In this document: piece by piece, positions 57,180 to 60,028 of the stretch
How positions within the stretch are numbered: position 1 is the first letter of the stretch
Layout: each line of letters opens with the position of its first letter
DNA from: an uncultured Candidatus Marinamargulisbacteria bacterium
GTDB taxonomy: Bacteria > Margulisbacteria > Riflemargulisbacteria > GWF2-35-9
Direction of reading: 5' to 3'
DNA: 60,028 nucleotides
Assembly: GCA_964358175.1 (NCBI GenBank)
Contig: CAYHOI010000001.1
Location: forward strand, 1 to 60,028
Program-made: the position numbers and the translations under genes
Notes under the pieces: model-generated
Told to the model about the DNA's origin: nothing
Seen by the model: the letters and a program-made list of their open reading frames with translations, nothing else
Database searches by the model: none

Positions 57180-58341
57180 GGGGTTCCTTTTCCTTTGATC
57201 GAAGGAGTCCTTGTGCAATCTGTACGTCGTCAAAGTGCAGGGTTGTGTCGGCGATGATCTGACAGGTCTCATGCCCCTTCCCTGCGATGACCACAACATC
57301 TCCCGTGCTTGCTATATCTAGCGCGTGTGCTATGGCCTCCCGGCGGTCTAGAATCATAAGGGGTTGGTGGCGAGATATTCCCGAATGAATAGCGGTTAGG
57401 ATGGTTTGAGGATCTTCGTGGCGGGGGTTGTCATTGGTAAGAATGATCTGGTCTGCCAGAGTATCTGCCGCTTTGCCCATCAGGGGACGCTTCGTTTGAT
57501 CTCGATTTCCGCCAGCCCCGAAGACCACGATGAGCTTGTTCTGGGCCAGTTTACGAGCGGCTCTCAGAATGTTTATAAGGCCATCAGGTGTATGAGCATA
57601 GTCAACGATGACCTGAAAGGGTAAGGTCGTTTCGATGAGCTGGAATCGACCTTTTGGCGGCGTGGCGTTTTCTAGAGCTGATTGAGTGACGGCGTTTGGA
57701 ACACCCAGTTCACGAGCAATTGCATAGGCGGCCTGAGCGTTGGCTCGATTAAAGGAACCTTTTAAGGAAAGGGGGAAGTCGATCATAATTTTCTTGTAAT
57801 CACGTGGGTAGATTGTTGTTCCGCTTTGGCGAAGAAACGACATTTTTGCCTGTACGTAGGCACGAAAGGATTTGTGGTAATCGAGGTGGTCTTGTGTAAT
57901 ATTCGTAAGGCACTTGACGGCAAAGGGAAGGCCCGCGATTCGGTTTTCTGCAATGCCGATGGAGGAAACCTCCATGATGAGGTACTGTTCACCAGACTGG
58001 ATCATTTCCCGCAGGATGCCTAAGAGAGAAAAAGGTTCGGGAGTTGTGAGCGAAGAGTTGATCGTTCCGATGACGCGACAGGGTTTGCCCCAGGCTTGCA
58101 GAATTTGAGCAACAAGCCAGGTGGTGGTCGTTTTGCCGTTGGTTCCGGTTACCCCGATTATTTTTACTTTAGACAAATCAAGCTCCCAAAGTTGCGTTAA
58201 GTAGCAACAGACCTGTTCTTTGCGAAGTTTAACAATTTTGGAAACGCATGAAACAAGGAGGCTATCGATGAACCGAACCCCGTTGTCGACAGCTAGGAAA
58301 ACGTCGCCAGGCTTTATTTTTCGGGTGTCATCATGTATCAT
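57163..58341 (-). CDS. murE: UDP-MurNAc-L-Ala-D-Glu--2,6-diaminopimelate ligase
   Basis: GVTGTNGKTT, and LTNDNPRHEDP (the DNPR motif is associated with meso-DAP-adding MurE). Only 392 aa, with a shortened N-terminal domain. Confidence 0.85.
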   Translation of the reverse strand: MIHDDTRKIKPGDVFLAVDNGVRFIDSLLVSCVSKIVKLRKEQVCCYLTQLWELDLSKVKIIGVTGTNGKTTTTWLVAQILQAWGKPCRVIGTINSSLTTPEPFSLLGILREMIQSGEQYLIMEVSSIGIAENRIAGLPFAVKCLTNITQDHLDYHKSFRAYVQAKMSFLRQSGTTIYPRDYKKIMIDFPLSLKGSFNRANAQAAYAIARELGVPNAVTQSALENATPPKGRFQLIETTLPFQVIVDYAHTPDGLINILRAARKLAQNKLIVVFGAGGNRDQTKRPLMGKAADTLADQIILTNDNPRHEDPQTILTAIHSGISRHQPLMILDRREAIAHALDIASTGDVVVIAGKGHETCQIIADTTLHFDDVQIAQGLLRSKEKEPHVQHR

Positions 58342-58404
58342 GTTCTAGCAGTGATTATAAGGATAAAATCAAACGGTTGACAATAGCGGCATGGGGTAAA
58401 ATAA

Positions 58405-59166
58405 TTGTCCGAAAATAAGAAACTTTTTGAAGCTTATCTGGAATCAAAAGATCCCGCCCTAAAAGAACGTATTGTAGAGAGACATTACAACCTAGTGGTT
58501 TATGTTGCTCGTCGTTTTATGGGGAAGGGGGAAGCCCTAGATGACCTTATTCAGGTTGGTATTATGGGAATGCTCAAAGCAATGGATAATTACGACCCCA
58601 GCTTGAATGCCGAACTTGCCACCTATGCAATGCCGATGATTATTGGTGAAATCAAACATTATTTCCGAGATCATGTTCGACTGGTCAAATTGCCTCGTCG
58701 ATTGCATGAAGTGAATGCTCAAGTGAAGAAGGTTGTTTTCGGGTTTCAGCAGGATCAGAATCGTTCACCGTCAATTCAGGAGATTGCGCAGGCCGTGGGG
58801 ACGACGGAGGATGAGGTGCTGGAAGCGATGGAGGCTGGAGAGGTGACCCGGGCGCTTAGCCTGGATGCGCCCTCTTTCTTGTCAGACCGAAGCGGGGAAG
58901 TCGTCACAACAGGGAGAGCTTCGCTTATCGATTCATTGGGTGGAGATACTCTTGATACCAAAATAATTGACCGAGAGACCCTCAAGTATGCGATTGCCAA
59001 TATTTTGGATCGCCGAGAACAACGAATGATTTATATGCGTTATTATGACAATCTTTCTCAACAAGAGATGGCCGAATACCTGAATCTTTCCCAAATGCAC
59101 GTTTCACGTGTACTTCAGCATGCGGTAGAGAAGCTCTCTAAATTTATTAAGAAGGAATGTCTGTAA
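58405..59166 (+). CDS. group-3 sigma factor of the SigB/SigF/SigG type
   Basis: Motifs: LVVYVARRFMGKGEALDDLIQVGIMGMLKAMDNYDP, GEIKHYFRDHVRLVKLPRRL, and region 4 LSQQEMAEYLNLSQMHVSRVLQHAVEKL. TTG start, divergent from murE. Confidence 0.8.
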   Translation: MSENKKLFEAYLESKDPALKERIVERHYNLVVYVARRFMGKGEALDDLIQVGIMGMLKAMDNYDPSLNAELATYAMPMIIGEIKHYFRDHVRLVKLPRRLHEVNAQVKKVVFGFQQDQNRSPSIQEIAQAVGTTEDEVLEAMEAGEVTRALSLDAPSFLSDRSGEVVTTGRASLIDSLGGDTLDTKIIDRETLKYAIANILDRREQRMIYMRYYDNLSQQEMAEYLNLSQMHVSRVLQHAVEKLSKFIKKECL

Positions 59167-59399
59167 AGTCACAGTCACGGTTATTTTTTTCCAGTTCCAA
59201 AGTCGACAATGATCGGGCGAGCATTATTTTTTTGCAATCCCCCAACGCCTAATTCGAGCTGGACAGAGTGGAGATAAGGGGAAACCCCATTCTTTAAGAA
59301 AAAAGTGTAGGCTCTATTTTTCCAAAAAATATTCTTTTATCTGAAAGTGTTGAGTATAATGAATTTACATTTTATTCGGGGACTAGGGAGATAATCACT

Positions 59400-60028
59400 A
59401 TGGAAGAACTAATTCGATTGAGACTGGACGAGTTAAATCGGTTGAGACAGGATTTGATACACAAACAAAAAAAGGATTTGCAGCGCATTGAGGTTCGAAT
59501 GCAGGAGCTGACACGTCTTCTTGGAGACAAGGAGCTTTCTTTCGGACAAGAAGATGAAATTACGGCAGAGATGAATCTGCCGTTTGAATTGGATGAAGAT
59601 GAATCGTTACCCAAGCAGGTACAGGATGAAGCCGTTGTCATGGAGTCTCATGTTTCACAAGGGATAGAATTTACAATGGACGAGACTGAGAATGCTCAGG
59701 TTGCACAGATAACTCCGCTCCAGATTGTTCTCGATGAGACGCAATGTTGTGATGAAACCGTCAGTGATGATGCACTGGATACTGCCCCCGAGCCTGACAT
59801 GCCGGAATTGCCTGGGATGGATGAGGAAGATCCGGTGGTAGAAGCGGCAGGAGTGGTGGATTCTGAGCTGGCAGCGATGATGGGAGAGGAAGCATCTGAC
59901 ATGCCGGAATTGCCTGGGATGGATGAGGAAGATCCGGTGGTAGAAGCGGCAGGAGTGGTGGATTCTGAGCTGGCAGCGATGATGGGAGAGGAAGCATCTG
60001 ACATGCCGGAATTGCCTGGGATGGATGA
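59400..60028 (+). CDS. acidic coiled-coil/repeat protein, 3'-partial
   Basis: The ATG at 59400 has GGGAG 9 nt upstream, and the frame is open to the window end (209 codons). The N-terminus is MEELIRLRLDELNRLRQDLIHKQKKDLQRIEVRMQELTRLL, followed by a D/E-rich region and 34-aa repeats. Antisense ORFs (59696-60004) are also open across the repeat, so the strand call is not certain. Confidence 0.55.
   Translation, partial: MEELIRLRLDELNRLRQDLIHKQKKDLQRIEVRMQELTRLLGDKELSFGQEDEITAEMNLPFELDEDESLPKQVQDEAVVMESHVSQGIEFTMDETENAQVAQITPLQIVLDETQCCDETVSDDALDTAPEPDMPELPGMDEEDPVVEAAGVVDSELAAMMGEEASDMPELPGMDEEDPVVEAAGVVDSELAAMMGEEASDMPELPGMD
59796..60028 (+). repeat. perfect 102-bp tandem repeat, 2.3 copies, truncated by the window end
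   Basis: The unit is gacatgccggaattgcctgggatggatgaggaagatccggtggtagaagcggcaggagtggtggattctgagctggcagcgatgatgggagaggaagcatct. Units start at 59796, 59898 and 60000, and all visible bases are identical. The unit encodes DMPELPGMDEEDPVVEAAGVVDSELAAMMGEEAS. Confidence 0.9.

Noticed and set aside
57180-57299. A 40-codon N-terminal extension of murF from the ORF track.
   Set aside because: The extension overlaps murE by 137 nt and has an Arg/Ser/Pro-rich, non-MurF-like sequence. The MurF consensus (IDSR..KPGD.F) begins right after the ATG at 57179.
59696-60004. Minus-strand ORFs across the 102-bp repeats (Ser/Thr/Pro/Ala-rich products).
   Set aside because: The plus-strand frame has a Shine-Dalgarno-preceded ATG at 59400 and is open through both unique and repeated sequence. 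The minus-strand frames are open only over the repeat and just beyond. They are kept as a caveat, not as a call.
59796-60028. The tandem repeats as a possible CRISPR array.
   Set aside because: The units are directly adjacent with no spacers, are 102 bp long and in frame with a coding sequence, and no cas genes are nearby.

Overview
The first 31.7 kb of the window is the 3' part of one giant gene. Frame +1 has no stop from nt 1 to the TAA at 31723-31725, which gives at least 10,574 codons, and the 5' end lies outside the window. The product is an almost cysteine-free, apparently all-beta mosaic. It contains at least six different repeat families arranged as consecutive blocks: HYR/Ig-like modules, FN3-like modules, 1.25-kb super-repeats, acidic-loop modules and others. 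It ends in a FlgD-Ig / T9SS-type C-terminal domain. GC content falls along this gene from about 55-70% to about 32-38% in my hand counts. The remaining ~28 kb is tightly packed core genome. It starts with cysE, a J-domain protein and cheD-cheR-HDOD-fliM. A Firmicutes-like minus-strand operon follows: metK-rimO-pgsA-cinA(C)-recA-rny-ymdB. Next come a GAF-PP2C phosphatase with a STAS protein, then cheV plus a REC protein. An rpoD-cheA-cheY-membrane-tsaC operon follows, in which CheA carries a tandem P2-like duplication. After a ferredoxin and 5-formyl-THF cyclo-ligase there is a small accessory patch with an ATPase gene fragment, a long nested hairpin and an AAA ATPase. This patch cuts off a minimal murE-murF-mraY cluster. 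The window ends with a SigB/F/G-type sigma factor and an acidic protein containing perfect 102-bp tandem repeats that run off the 3' edge. I saw no rRNA, tRNA, CRISPR array or transposase. The giant gene is the most likely candidate for a novel system. All functional calls rest on motif recognition by eye, and no database searches were run.
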